From Leptogorgia sarmentosa (Eukaryota), in the NCBI GenBank assembly GCA_964658305.1, contig OZ210885.1:17980001-18044000 (forward strand): 64,000 bases of DNA, in the 5' to 3' direction. Under the pieces are notes generated by a model that did no database searches, was not told the DNA's origin, and worked only from the letters and a program-made list of their open reading frames with translations. How positions within the stretch are numbered: the first letter of the stretch is position 1; each line of letters begins with the position of its first letter. Both the position numbers and the translations under genes were made by a program. This document shows positions 12,401-23,856 of this stretch, piece by piece.

Positions 12401-15400
12401 TGAACCTGTAAGTAATTAACCAAAATGTGTTGTTAAGTGCACCCAGACTCCTAGAGAGTCTTGATCACTCATTCTCACGCATCACTCATTCTTTTGGTTT
12501 TGTGTTATAAATTGAAGGAAGAACAAATTACATAATAGTGATTTTTGCATAATGGCATCCACCCCGCGTTGTGTTGGCTAAATTCTGGCTGTGCTCCTGG
12601 CGTTTAACGTACCAATTACCTTGTAGTCACTTTTGAGATATCTCTTAGACTGTTTTAGCTTTTCATTTTGCTGTTTTGCCCATGTGAGTCCTTTCCCATG
12701 TTCATCACCAAGTTTCTCCACAATTCCTTCGAGATCTTCAAATGCTTGAGCTCCTTCAGCCGAAACGTAATCCAAACCTTGCAATGATTTCCGTACCGAC
12801 GCTGAACATACATTTAGTACTCGACACAAAGTGCTTCTACTCATTGGGGCGAAACCCGTCTCGTTACAATAACTTTCGTACTGCTTCACAACTTGCTCCG
12901 GAATCATTGTTCTTATTACATTTGGCACTTTAATTTCCGTATTGGTAGATAACTTCAGAGACTTTTCACCAAAAGGCAGGTCTTGAACAACATGCGTACT
13001 GGTGATAAATGAAAGAAAGTGATCTAATTTTTCTGCTGGTACATACATTCTAGTTGATGGCAGGGTATTAACAACAGAACCTCTTCCATGTAAGAGATGG
13101 TGATGCCTTGCAATGTTATAGCGGTATCTGGAAAGGTCTGGTATCCATCTTTGCAGTTCTTTGTAGCTGACTTTATCTACGATAATTGATAGGATTTGTC
13201 GACGCGTACTCCAATGATCAGCGTTGTTGTAGCACTCCGCTAGTGCATCCAGAAGAGTGAAATCCATATTTTCACTGGTGTTATAAGAACTGCAAACTGA
13301 GTTAAGGAGCTTTTGATGGTCTTGGGGCGCAATTTCTTCGAGGCATGCGTTGATAACTTGTTTTGCCTTTCGAGAGTGATGCCGCTTTGTTCGCGCCGAC
13401 GCTATATCCCATGAACTTGTCAAGGTGTGGCGGATTGGGCTTACATCTCGTGATGCCAAAAATTCGTTTAGATGGTCTCGTGGTGTCTCACAGGGTTTAT
13501 CATGTTCAGAAATGAAAGATGTTGAAGGAGTCGGTGAGGGCTGATAAAGGCTTCCAAGTGTATCAGAAGCTGATGCGGCTGGACGTGAAGTCTGTGGTGT
13601 TTCACAGATGACATCTTCATTCTATTAATATCAACAATTTATCAAGGTTTTTACGCAATGCTAGCAAAAAGTAGATGCGCCCCTTGAGCTGTCCAGCAGG
13701 TACTTAATAGATATTATGTCTGCTGTCCTAATGTCCAACAGATGCCATGCCTGCAATTGGACAGCTTCAGGTTGCTTTGGGTGATTTATTTCATTTCCAC
13801 ATATAGTAAGTGGAATACAAGCCAGGAATTCGTTACTACTATGTACTGTAGTATGCATGCCAATTTGAATTCATATTTGAACTAACCAGATACATTTGGT
13901 CAAAGTCATTTGCAAGACTTGATGTGACATCAGATTCAGACTCCATTTGTTTTAATTTTTTTATTCCTATGAATAGTTAATCGAATTGTAAATTTATAGT
14001 TGTAATGAATTACCAACAAACTACTTTAATTTTGTATGAGGAAAACCTTTTGGATGACTACAAAGGCGAACGGGAGGTCCAATGCCTCAGGGGGTGGGGG
14101 TCGCATTTTTCACCAAAAATTTTTATACCGTAAATTTAGATTACCTGGTAACAGCGTCAATTACAGCCAAAGTTGCATTCAATTTTCCCTACTTATTGAA
14201 ATAATTGCCCAAATTTCTGGCTTGTTTTCCCAAAAAATTCCAGTTTTTGATATATTTCTTTGCGGAGGGGAGGGGGGTGGAATCTACAACACCCGTCTCG
14301 TTCCCCTTTAGATACTTACCAGAACCAGCTTGAATGAATATTCCAGTTTGTTTCAATAGAATCTGAGATGCGTTTTTTCCAATTCCTCTGTTTGCCTTTG
14401 GGAACTTCCCTTTATGGCCAGAAAACTGTTTGGGTACCCTACATCTAGTGTTAGAACCCCGACTCCACCCAACGCCAAGAGTAGAACGGTGATGTGGACA
14501 AACAGTTAACTCATCAATGTTTCTCGGTGCTCTGAACAAACCAGCACGACACAAAATTAAATCTACTTCGCATTGAGGTCCAGAAAACTTGCAGCTCCGC
14601 AAGTGACTCGAGATTTCCTTCTTGCATGTCGTCAACGGTATCACTTTCGTATGATGGCCCCGATCTTTACGGTCAAAACTACAGAATCCACCGACAATAG
14701 ATTTTAAAGAGCAACAAATCTCCATGTTTCAATTTACCTTCAGAAACGCGCATTATACTATCTACATTAATAGCTTAGCTTGCATGTTAAATATTAACTA
14801 TGCAAAAACTAATGTTTGTAAATCAAAACACGACTTTGCATTCGACGTGCCGTTCATAAAATGACGATCTAGTGGGGATTTCATTTAGTGTTTGATACTC
14901 TATTACTGGACTAAATAATTATGCAAGAACAAGAGAGAGAAACGAATTTTCAAGTTGCTATTAAATTAAATTAAAATAGATTTAAACATACAATGCAAAA
15001 TATCGAATGTCAGAGAATGCGACGTAAACAAACTTCGTAGCGTAGGCTCATGGCATCTGTCACATGGTGCGTTAGGGACGGTGCCGTGCTGGCTAAAGTT
15101 CGTGTGGTGTAACCGACTATGATCCTTCTGAACCCACAAACAGTTGATAAAACAGCATCTGAACTTCAACTAAATGCTATAGAAGGTTAGGGTTTATGCC
15201 TACAATAAGTTTAAAAATGTTATCTAGACAAACTTGATTATTTCATTTGGTCATTAATTATCATGAATTTTACCAAGTTTGAACTCGCTTCTCGCAAATA
15301 TGATTCAAATACACAAATAAATTTTAACACAATTTGAATTATTATTGCTTCGTCTTTTTAAACCTAGGAGCTCGTTGAATTTTGTTGTATCGCTCATAGT

Positions 15401-15792
15401 TAAAATGACCGCTGTTTTAGGGCTACTTTTAGAATTGTAAAAACTGTAGCTGATAAGAAAATTTGTAACAAATTTCACATTGCAATAAAACCTTAAATAA
15501 TTATAGAGAGTCAAGTATAGATGTTAAACCAAAGAATTGTGTCGGTTTTATAGTCAAATGTTACAAAATATCGTTGCACAAAGTCATTGAATCTGGCTAA
15601 ATTCAGGTCCTATAATTTGCATAATTAACCCTTCCTGCCAAAATCCTTCTATCAGGAAAGAAAAAAAATATTTCAAGCAACAAACCTTACCGTTATGATT
15701 GGGACAAATTAGGCTATCAATCGTGAAAGTATTGGCGAAATTGATTTTTCAAGACTTGCCGCCAGTTGTTTGAAGCTTACTGGAATTCACTC
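9411..15792 (-). mobile_element. Sola3 DNA transposon with ~600-bp TIRs, inserted in an intron of Harbinger #1
   Basis: TTAA|GAG...CTC|TTAA (TSD 9407-9410 and 15793-15796). 9411-~10010 is inverted at ~15200-15792, shown by the mirror ORFs 9698-9907 and 15305-15514. Confidence 0.9.
10462..14725 (-). CDS. Sola3 DDD transposase, spliced
   Basis: Exons 14725-14320, 13621-12620 and 12405-10462, plus a probable unplaced small exon. Motifs [34 protein letters not shown] and a C2H2-like CPEEGC...H. Confidence 0.85.
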
Positions 15793-17254
15793 TTAAAGAT
15801 ATCATTCTGTAATATCTCATCAAGATTGTATGTAATATATATTTTTCTTGCAGTGAGCCACCAGATGCAAACACTAATTCTTCTGATCTTTCAACAACTC
15901 AAGAAAATGATAGTGAAGAGCATTTCTTGAAAATAGACAAAGGGATGAGAAAAAGAAAGCCTGGAAGAAAAGCTATATGGAGTACAAATCTGTCAACGAA
16001 TAACAAGCAATGAATCCTACCAAAGAAAGCTAATATTTACCAACACAAAAAATCAAAACAATGGTAAAATTTATGGAGAAATTTTAGACAAGTTGAAAGA
16101 GAGAGCCAATGAAAGGGGAGAACAAATTGACTTTACTATTCAACAGATTCGCACAAAATTTAAGCGTTGTGTTAGTGATTGCAAGCATGCAGCTATGACT
16201 ATAAAAACTGCAACTGGAATCCAGAGATTTCAAGATGAAAAAGGATATGGCAAATGGTTTGACTTGCTTTTTCCACTAGTCAAGACACGAGATTCGTGCC
16301 AACCAGATATGGCGGTTGAACCTTCTGCAATTGACAGTAATTACCTTAGTGAGGAAGAGGAAATTGCAAAGACCTTTGATGATTTTGTCCCAAGGAAAAA
16401 AATGAAGAAGCTGCCAAAGAAGAATAAAGTAGCTGAAGCAGTTGAATTACTAAAGCAAGTGGTTGAAAAAGACCCAGCAAAAGAACTGATTTCTTTCATG
16501 CAGGAAGAAGCAGAAAAAGCAAGAAAACATGAGCTTCAGTTAGTAGAATTGATGCTGAAACACAACTCAACACCAACAACCAGTAACCAGATAAATTTCA
16601 GCCCTCGTGATAACCAAACAGTATATCCTGGAGCAGTCCAAGATATGCCACTGTCCATGTGGAATGGGCCTCCTCAATCCCAATATTTTAATTTCCAAAG
16701 TGCAGATAGCCCTATTTACAACATGTCAACCAACAATCCAAGTCAAGATTATATTTATTCACCTGCTACAAGTATACATGGAAAAAAGCTTTATTAATAA
16801 ATTGGAACCAGAAAGAAACTTGCTTAAACTAGATAAATAATGTAAGTGGGAAACTGTTTTGACTTGGTCAACTTGTTTTGTTTCCATTCTGTTGGCATGC
16901 AATTTTATTATTATTGCATACAAATTTTCAAATTTATAATAATGGAATTTATTCATGTTGGCAACATAAAGTATCCATATACTATTGTTGATATTGTTTG
17001 AATGTTCAATGTTCTTTATTTACAAACTTTTGATAGAGAACACAAAGATATTACCATACGAAAGTTATAATAAAAGTTAGTTGTTATTATGACAAGAATT
17101 AGTTTGTATTGCTTTACACATGTGTGCAAGAATGTACTATGAGCTTTGAATTGGGAAGGGTTTTTTTACTGAAAACATCTGTTTTTAGCCAAACAACACT
17201 TTAGTCAAAATTCAACAATGTTCTTTTTTTATCATGAAGTGACCAACAGTCGTT

Positions 17255-18571
17255 TTATGAAATTTGCCCGGTTTCATTTTCCAGCCATGATTTGTTGGTT
17301 AGTGCAGCTCGGATTTTTTCTGCCTGAGATGAAGAATCCTTCACCTTGCTACAGTTTCTCATCTGTAGGAGTTCTCTTACCTTTACCCTATCTCGTTTTT
17401 CATTTGTTAGGGGATCAATAGTGAGGTCCAATTTCTTTGGCATTGTATCACCTCTACTTAGACAAATGTTATGGAGTACCATACAGGCAAGTGCAAATGT
17501 ACGTACATTTGTACTGTTGCTTTCACATTTCCTCAGTAAAACACGCCATCCTCCTTTCAGCTGGCCATATGCTCCTTCAGTAACCATTCGGGCACGACTT
17601 AGGCAGTAGTTGAAGTACCTTTGTTTTGGTAACAAAACTGCATCAGTGTAGGGTTTCATCAACCATGGTGCAAGTGGGAAAGCCGAATCCCCAACAATTA
17701 AAGGAGGGACAACCTGTGCACCAACAGTCTTGCCCACTGAAGGAAGGCCATCACCATCTTTGATATCTGACCACAGTTTGGTTGATTGAAAAATGATGGA
17801 ATCATGGGAATTCCCCGGATACCCACAGCTACCCCAAATGAACCGATGGTGTGAGCCCACCAACGCCACCAACACGATAGAATAAAAGTTTTTAAAGTTA
17901 TGGTACTCTTTGCAAGCCTCCATTCCACCTGCTGGGCATTTAAGAGGAATGTGACATCCATCTATTGCCGCCCAACAACAAGGGAATTGCCACATTTCTT
18001 CCATATCTATGATCTTGTTACGAAAGCTGTCTTCTGAGTTTGGCATGTATTTGGAGATGCTGTCTTCCCATAAAACTTCAACTATAGCTTCAGATACCTC
18101 TTTAGCTATTGTAGCAACTGTTGACAACCCGAGACCACATAGTTCTGAGAGGGTGTGATAGTATGTCCCCCGGCCAAGGCGGTAAAGACAAATTGCTAGA
18201 CGAAAAGCTGGGTCGATGGGCACTTCTACTGCCGGTTTCTTTTCCAAAACATGACGTATTCGTTCCAGAATAAAAGAAAACGTGTTTCTTGAAACTCTGA
18301 AAAGTTTCTTAAAACGGCGATCAGAGTATGTTTGCCACACAATATCCCACCAACCAGTATTACGCTGAAATCTGCGACACGAACGTGTAATAGGTGTTGC
18401 TACGTTTTTCCCACATAAAAGTAGAAACGTTAATATCAAGGATATTTTAACAAGCCGTTGTCTTCGATTTGTTAAAAATAGTAAAGCTGATTCGATCCTT
18501 TCTCTTCTCTGCCTTGCTCGCGACAATATAATATTCAAAATTGCTAATTTGTTTTTTGAATTTGGCGCCAT
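17255..18571 (-). CDS. Harbinger transposase (HARBI1/ALP1-like, DDE_Tnp_4), 438 aa
   Basis: FRVSRNTF, AAIDGCH, GNSHDS, VGDSAFPL, ARMVTEGAYG, CMVLHNIC. Confidence 0.92.
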   Translation of the reverse strand: MAPNSKNKLAILNIILSRARQRRERIESALLFLTNRRQRLVKISLILTFLLLCGKNVATPITRSCRRFQRNTGWWDIVWQTYSDRRFKKLFRVSRNTFSFILERIRHVLEKKPAVEVPIDPAFRLAICLYRLGRGTYYHTLSELCGLGLSTVATIAKEVSEAIVEVLWEDSISKYMPNSEDSFRNKIIDMEEMWQFPCCWAAIDGCHIPLKCPAGGMEACKEYHNFKNFYSIVLVALVGSHHRFIWGSCGYPGNSHDSIIFQSTKLWSDIKDGDGLPSVGKTVGAQVVPPLIVGDSAFPLAPWLMKPYTDAVLLPKQRYFNYCLSRARMVTEGAYGQLKGGWRVLLRKCESNSTNVRTFALACMVLHNICLSRGDTMPKKLDLTIDPLTNEKRDRVKVRELLQMRNCSKVKDSSSQAEKIRAALTNKSWLENETGQIS

Positions 18572-19598
18572 ATTGCGCCATTCTTCATTGTTTATTTATT
18601 TATTTATTTAGTATATAGTGTTTTTTTAATTAATTTATTCGAATTCGACACATGCGAAATTCGACGTCTGAAACAAACGTCGAATTTAATGCAATTCGGA
18701 CGAATGTAATCCGAATTGAATTCGACACATGCATAATGCGACGTTTGAAACGGGCCTAAGAAACCTTCCCATGAGGATTTAATATATTCAAAAATACTTA
18801 AAAATAGTTTTCGTCATGCGCACTATCTTTGCAAGTTCGTAAATACGTCACTTCGTCACCATGTGTTGCGGTGCACGTTGAAACAAAATAAGTCAAATTT
18901 GTAGTCCCAAAAATTTCGGTTTAATAGCCGTTTCTTAAAATTTCCTCGTACAGGTATCCTAAGTGTATCATATCTAAACTGTACACAAAAAATAAAAGGT
19001 TTTGGTTCAGAAACACACTAGTTATATCCATTCGAAATATTTCACGATCGCGCGTTTCATCCCTTTCTATTATTTATACGTGTAAATAGCCGATCGTTCT
19101 AGTATGAGCCCACGCTACTATGGTCAGTCCATGTAATACAATGTTTGAATTACATGAAGTAGTCGGCATGATATTATCGAAAAAATTTCAAAAAATCATA
19201 ATTTTCATCGTGATGAAACCTGGATGAAACTATGCGATATATAGGTTGATGACAAGGTATTTATAAAACACAATTGTACTTTTCTGCCCCCTGTGTTCGC
19301 ATTCCATATATTTTAGTTCAATGGTCATTATGGTCTAGCCACCAAGCTTTGTGACCTGGCCTTGGTTATTCTTGTTGGTTTTCGAATTTCGAGCAAATTT
19401 TGACTTAAATAATACCTCCTTGAACTTGGTAATTTCATGCCATTAATGTATTTCTGCGCAGCAATACCGCGATCAACAACTTCAGTAAAGTTGACCTGTG
19501 AAATGCGGCACGCAGTGCGGTTGTCGTAATTTTATCCTTCGGCAAACACAACGAATTTGGTCTCGGTAAATTTATGCTTAGGAAACTATGGTATAATG

Positions 19599-19985
19599 TA
19601 CGGTGGCCCACAAGGGTCACTAAAACTTTCTTTTAAATTGACTTAACTTTGGTGTTTGCCGACCAAACTTTATTAAACAAATATTTCTTTTGTAGCGATC
19701 AAACTTTCTTTTGTAGCGATCAAACTTTCTTTTGTAGCGATCAAACTTTCTTTTGTAGTGGTCAAACTTTCTTTTGTATAGCGATCAAACTTTCTTTTGT
19801 AGCGATCAAACTTTCTTTTGTAGCGATCAAACTTTCTTTTGTTCATAGCGATCAATTCGCTGACTCTAAGATCATGAAGAAAACTTCATGTAGTATACCT
19901 GTTAGTAACCATCGCCAATACTCGTAACGAACCGCAACATATTCGGGACTCAATCGGGAACGTCAACACTTTCCCCGCCATCGAG
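19599..19985 (+). mobile_element. Non-autonomous IS3EU-like fragment with a 21-bp tandem array
   Basis: Starts TACGGTGGCCCACAAGGG, like the end at 7964. About 8 copies of TTTTGTAGCGATCAAACTTTC at 19687-19856. Right end uncertain. Confidence 0.55.
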
Positions 19986-21379
19986 CCATGATGGTGTGAT
20001 TCGTCGAATTCACAATGGAGGAAGGAGAGGAAGTGTAAGTATTTTACTGCTTTTAAAGCCCCATTTACACTACACTTAATTTTTGGCACGGCACGGATAA
20101 AATTGGTACCCGTACCAAAACGCAAGGTCCGGCTCGGATAAATTTCGCAATGTAAACGCTTCACCCGTGCTAATTTTCATCTGAGCCACGCTAAAGTTTT
20201 CATCCGTGCTTGGTCCTTCTTCGAGGTGGTCCAAGCACGGCAAAAAGTGACACGGCTCGGATAAATTGTGAAGTGTAAACGATTCTGCCGTGCCGTATCA
20301 CTTTCCTTTTCAACTTGGGGCATGTGCAGTAAGATTAAATAATACATTTATTCAATATGGCGGCCAGTCTTAAGCATGGGCGTTCTAAGAGTCCATCAAA
20401 AAGTCCTACAAAAAAAAGTACTTCTCCAAGGAAATCCAGGAGTTTCATTTGGAGTGATGAGAATGTATCGGAACTTTTAAGTATTATGAAAGAAGAAACT
20501 ATTTTGTACAACTTGAACAACGCAAAGACGCCAAAAGAAAAGAGAAGCGCATACAGACATGTTGCTGCAAAGTTGGAAGAGAAAGGTATGCGAAATACTA
20601 ACGGTCTAGCAACTTTGACCATTTCCAATATACCCTGGGGCAGTGAATGTTGCATTATTGCTATATACTTTCCTAACAAACATTTTGAATATAGTCATAT
20701 TGCATATGAAAATTTCTTTGAATCTCATATTAGTATAGTTTAACTATATAATCACTGGGTTGACCTAATTTAATTTGTCATTGATCGTTATAGGTATAGA
20801 AATACCACTCGACAGCATAATAAATAAATGGAAGAAGCTGAAACAACAATACAAATCCCATGTTGACAAAAAGAGAAAAAGTGGAACAGGAAGATCAAGA
20901 CCATGGAAATTTTTTGATGACATGGATGACATTTGTGGACACAGAGATATCATTCATCCAGCAGCTTTGCTAGACACCAGTGAAAGCCCACCTGCAAAGA
21001 ATGATGATGGTGTTTCAAAAGGTGAATTTTAAAGCTCTATTTTTTGTTTTGAAATGCTATGTGTGGACAATATATTTTTCATATATATTTAGGTAATGAT
21101 AAGGACATATTGCATGTGGAAGGTGACTTTGAAGATGAAATTAGTGATGCTGACAAGTTAAACCCAGATGCTAGGGATGAAGAGAAAAGTAACCTTTCAG
21201 ATGAGGATGATGTTGAGTGTACTGCTACTACTGTTGCATACTCTGATAAAGATGAATGCCATCAGCCTAGACCTAGCTTTTCCGTGCGGTTAAAGTGGGT
21301 AAGTGGAAGTGGGTACCTGTGGCCGGTTCAGCTGCGTGACGTCACGGAAACGTGGCCGCCGGAAAAGCCTAGTAGATTT

Positions 21380-23649
21380 CTCGGCCGCATCTGATGCAAA
21401 CGAGATCTGCGAACAAGAATACGAACTTTTTCCTTGTCCGCACGCAGATTGCGCATCTTCTACGAAGTATTATAAAAGGCTACAACAACATTACGTCTCT
21501 GCCCATGGAGGACAGTCGTGTAATATGGTAGAAGCCGAAAATGAACGCTGGAGGAGACGTGGCGAAAAGATGCGACAAAAAGTCTTGCTTAGTAATTCTG
21601 TGCCTGTGGTAAGTAGATCCCGACTATCACCACAACACCAGTATATATTAAAGAGTCTGTTAATTCTTTGTTCTTTAAAATTAATAGAAAACACCGCTTT
21701 CCATTAGTAAAAATTATTCAAACTTCCACAATTTTAATGCTTAATGTGATTGTCAAATTGACATTAAATCAAATTTTATACGTACAATAGAATACCATAT
21801 AGACTTTAATACCATGTTAAGTTTAGTGTATGTCATTCATTTTTAGACAGATGGTGAAGTATTTCATGTGAAATATGGTAGACATGAGATCGACATCAAT
21901 GACAATGAATATGAAAGTGCAGCATTAAAGGCTGCTTGCATTTTGCTGGAGCAAGGGCAATTAAACAAGTTCGCTGACCAACATCGCACAGAAATAACTG
22001 TGAAGAGGAAGCATAAAACAGTGGTGTATGAAGCTTGGAGAGAGTCCAACCCAAAGAATAAAAAATATGTTCCTGAAATAGAGACAAAGAGAACAACAGT
22101 TAACATAAGTTGGTTTCATAACAATACAGGATTATCAGACATGACATGTGACACTGGCATGGATTTTAGTGATCTAGACAAAGTTGGTAAACAATTTTCT
22201 TCTGTGTGCCTCACTCCTAAGTCACAGACAACAGCCACTGAAGCAGTTTTGCAGCAGCTGCCAAAACCTGTTACCCAAGCTAACCAGTTGGTTCCACTAA
22301 TGGAAGTAGTGTTTGGTTATACATCCTTCAAGCTGAAACAAGAGGAAGCAATAAATTCTTGCCTCAACAAAAAGAATACCTTTGTTGTTATGCCAACTGG
22401 AGGAGGAAAGTCATTGATTTACATCTTACTTGCCTTGGTGCTGCCCGGTGTAACAATTGTGATTTCACCACTTAGATAGAAAAACTCACTCGTATCTTTG
22501 TACGTAACCCGACCGTACCGCCCGTCTTACATTTTCCCACTCCCACTCCCATCCCACTCCTGACACCAAAATGTAAGACGGCCGGTACGGTCGGGTTACC
22601 TACAAAGATACGAGTGAGTTTTTAAAGAATTTAATAAGTGATTACAAACCAGAATACAATAAACGAATACAATAAACGAATAAACGAGAACGAATTGAAC
22701 ACTAATGTAACAAGAATAAGGAAATATACTAAATATATGACAATTAACTGAGATAATATGAATCAAAATACAAATCAAAAGCTAAAGATAATAGGTTGCA
22801 ATAAAACAATCTAAAGCATAACTAAGCCATATTAAGCACAGAATACATAAGTGATTAAACTATTTAGGCAATTAAGCAGTTGGCAGCTACAACAGCTAGC
22901 GCTAATCGACTGCTAATCGACACGTCGACAGAAGGTCAAGCCAAGGTCGTTACTACACTCTAGTAAGCGCAAAGATTAACAAAACTAATTATACAATGAA
23001 ATGCACAGATTACGCAGTAAAAACTAACAATTTACCTAATGTCACCCGAGGCTTGACTCCGCGTGGTTTCTTACAAACATACGTCGTATATCCACATTGA
23101 CCGACCAATATACCCGTAGAGTCCGTACATTATACGCGTTAACCGTGACTGCGCAACAGCGACTGAATCAGTATTATACTTTTGTGCGCTCAATTTATAA
23201 TCACACACAGGAAGATTAGCAATTTTCGCGTGCGTAGCATTTGTGTAAAATGCGTGGTAAAAGGAAGATTTGCGGTTGCTCACTCATGCTGAAAGCAACT
23301 TTAAGTTACAGAAAATTAACCACAAAAACAGGATCTGCGTCGCAAGATAATGCTAGAAGCATGATTCTGCAGTTTTGGCTTCCCTTAAGCTATGACCTTG
23401 GATAAGCTTGAAACTATTTGCGTAATTGGGGTTTGCATAGGAAATTACTGTGGCCTAACTACGCCATTTAACTAACTAAATAGGTAAATACGGATACGCA
23501 TCATCCGGTCACATAAAGATATTCTTCGAGAGGTACCACATAATTCTAAGCAAACAAATGCATTGTATGTGGACCTTGGATCCAATTTTATGACAGTTTT
23601 AAATAATGAAAGCAGAGTAACATATTTTAAGGTCTCAAAAAAACACTGA
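21380..23649 (+). pseudogene. RecQ-like SF2 helicase with an N-terminal C2H2 finger; central part replaced by an insertion
   Basis: CPHADC...HYVSAH, then VFGYTSFKLKQEEAI...VVMPTGGGKSL...TIVISPL, ending abruptly at ~22476. A possible C-terminal tail (ILREVPHNSKQTNALYVDLG...) lies at 23521-23649. Confidence 0.8.
22480..22623. repeat. Hairpin with 56-bp arms and a 32-nt C-rich loop
   Basis: 22480-22535 versus 22568-22623, with 2 mismatches. Confidence 0.95.
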
Positions 23650-23856
23650 AGTTTATCAAGTTTACATTAATAGGTAATTTGTTTCCAAAGACAATGCATA
23701 AACACAAAATTTTAAGTAGATTCTAAACAATGATTAGAACATAGAACACCATTCATTATGTATTGCATATGTTACAGTACATATTCACTGAAAATAAATC
23801 TTAAATTGTACAGTTTTACCATCAATATCAACAAGGTAACTGCAATATGAACATAT

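Larger units (their letters stand above)
8974..16797 (+). pseudogene. Harbinger #1 accessory gene: Cys-rich N-terminal exon plus Myb/SANT-like exon
   Basis: Exon 8974-9210 with CxxC pairs and an in-frame stop at 9025-9027. Exon ~15853-16797 with QIRTKFKRCVS...GYGKWFDLLF and a coiled-coil tail. Confidence 0.75.
8663..18756. mobile_element. PIF/Harbinger transposon #1, both ends present (about 3.7 kb without the Sola3 insert)
   Basis: TIRs GGCCCGTTTCAAACGTCG... / ...CGACGTTTGAAACGGGCC. TAA TSD at 8660-8662 and 18757-18759. Convergent Myb-like and DDE genes. Confidence 0.95.

Noticed and set aside
9698..15514. Two near-identical 69-aa ORFs as duplicated genes
   Set aside because: They are chance frames within the Sola3 TIRs.
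19687..19856. 21-bp repeats as a CRISPR array
   Set aside because: The units are head to tail with no unique spacers, there are no cas genes, and the context is eukaryotic.
21868..22479. Host RecQ/BLM gene
   Set aside because: It is truncated and lies inside the AcademH TIRs and TSD.
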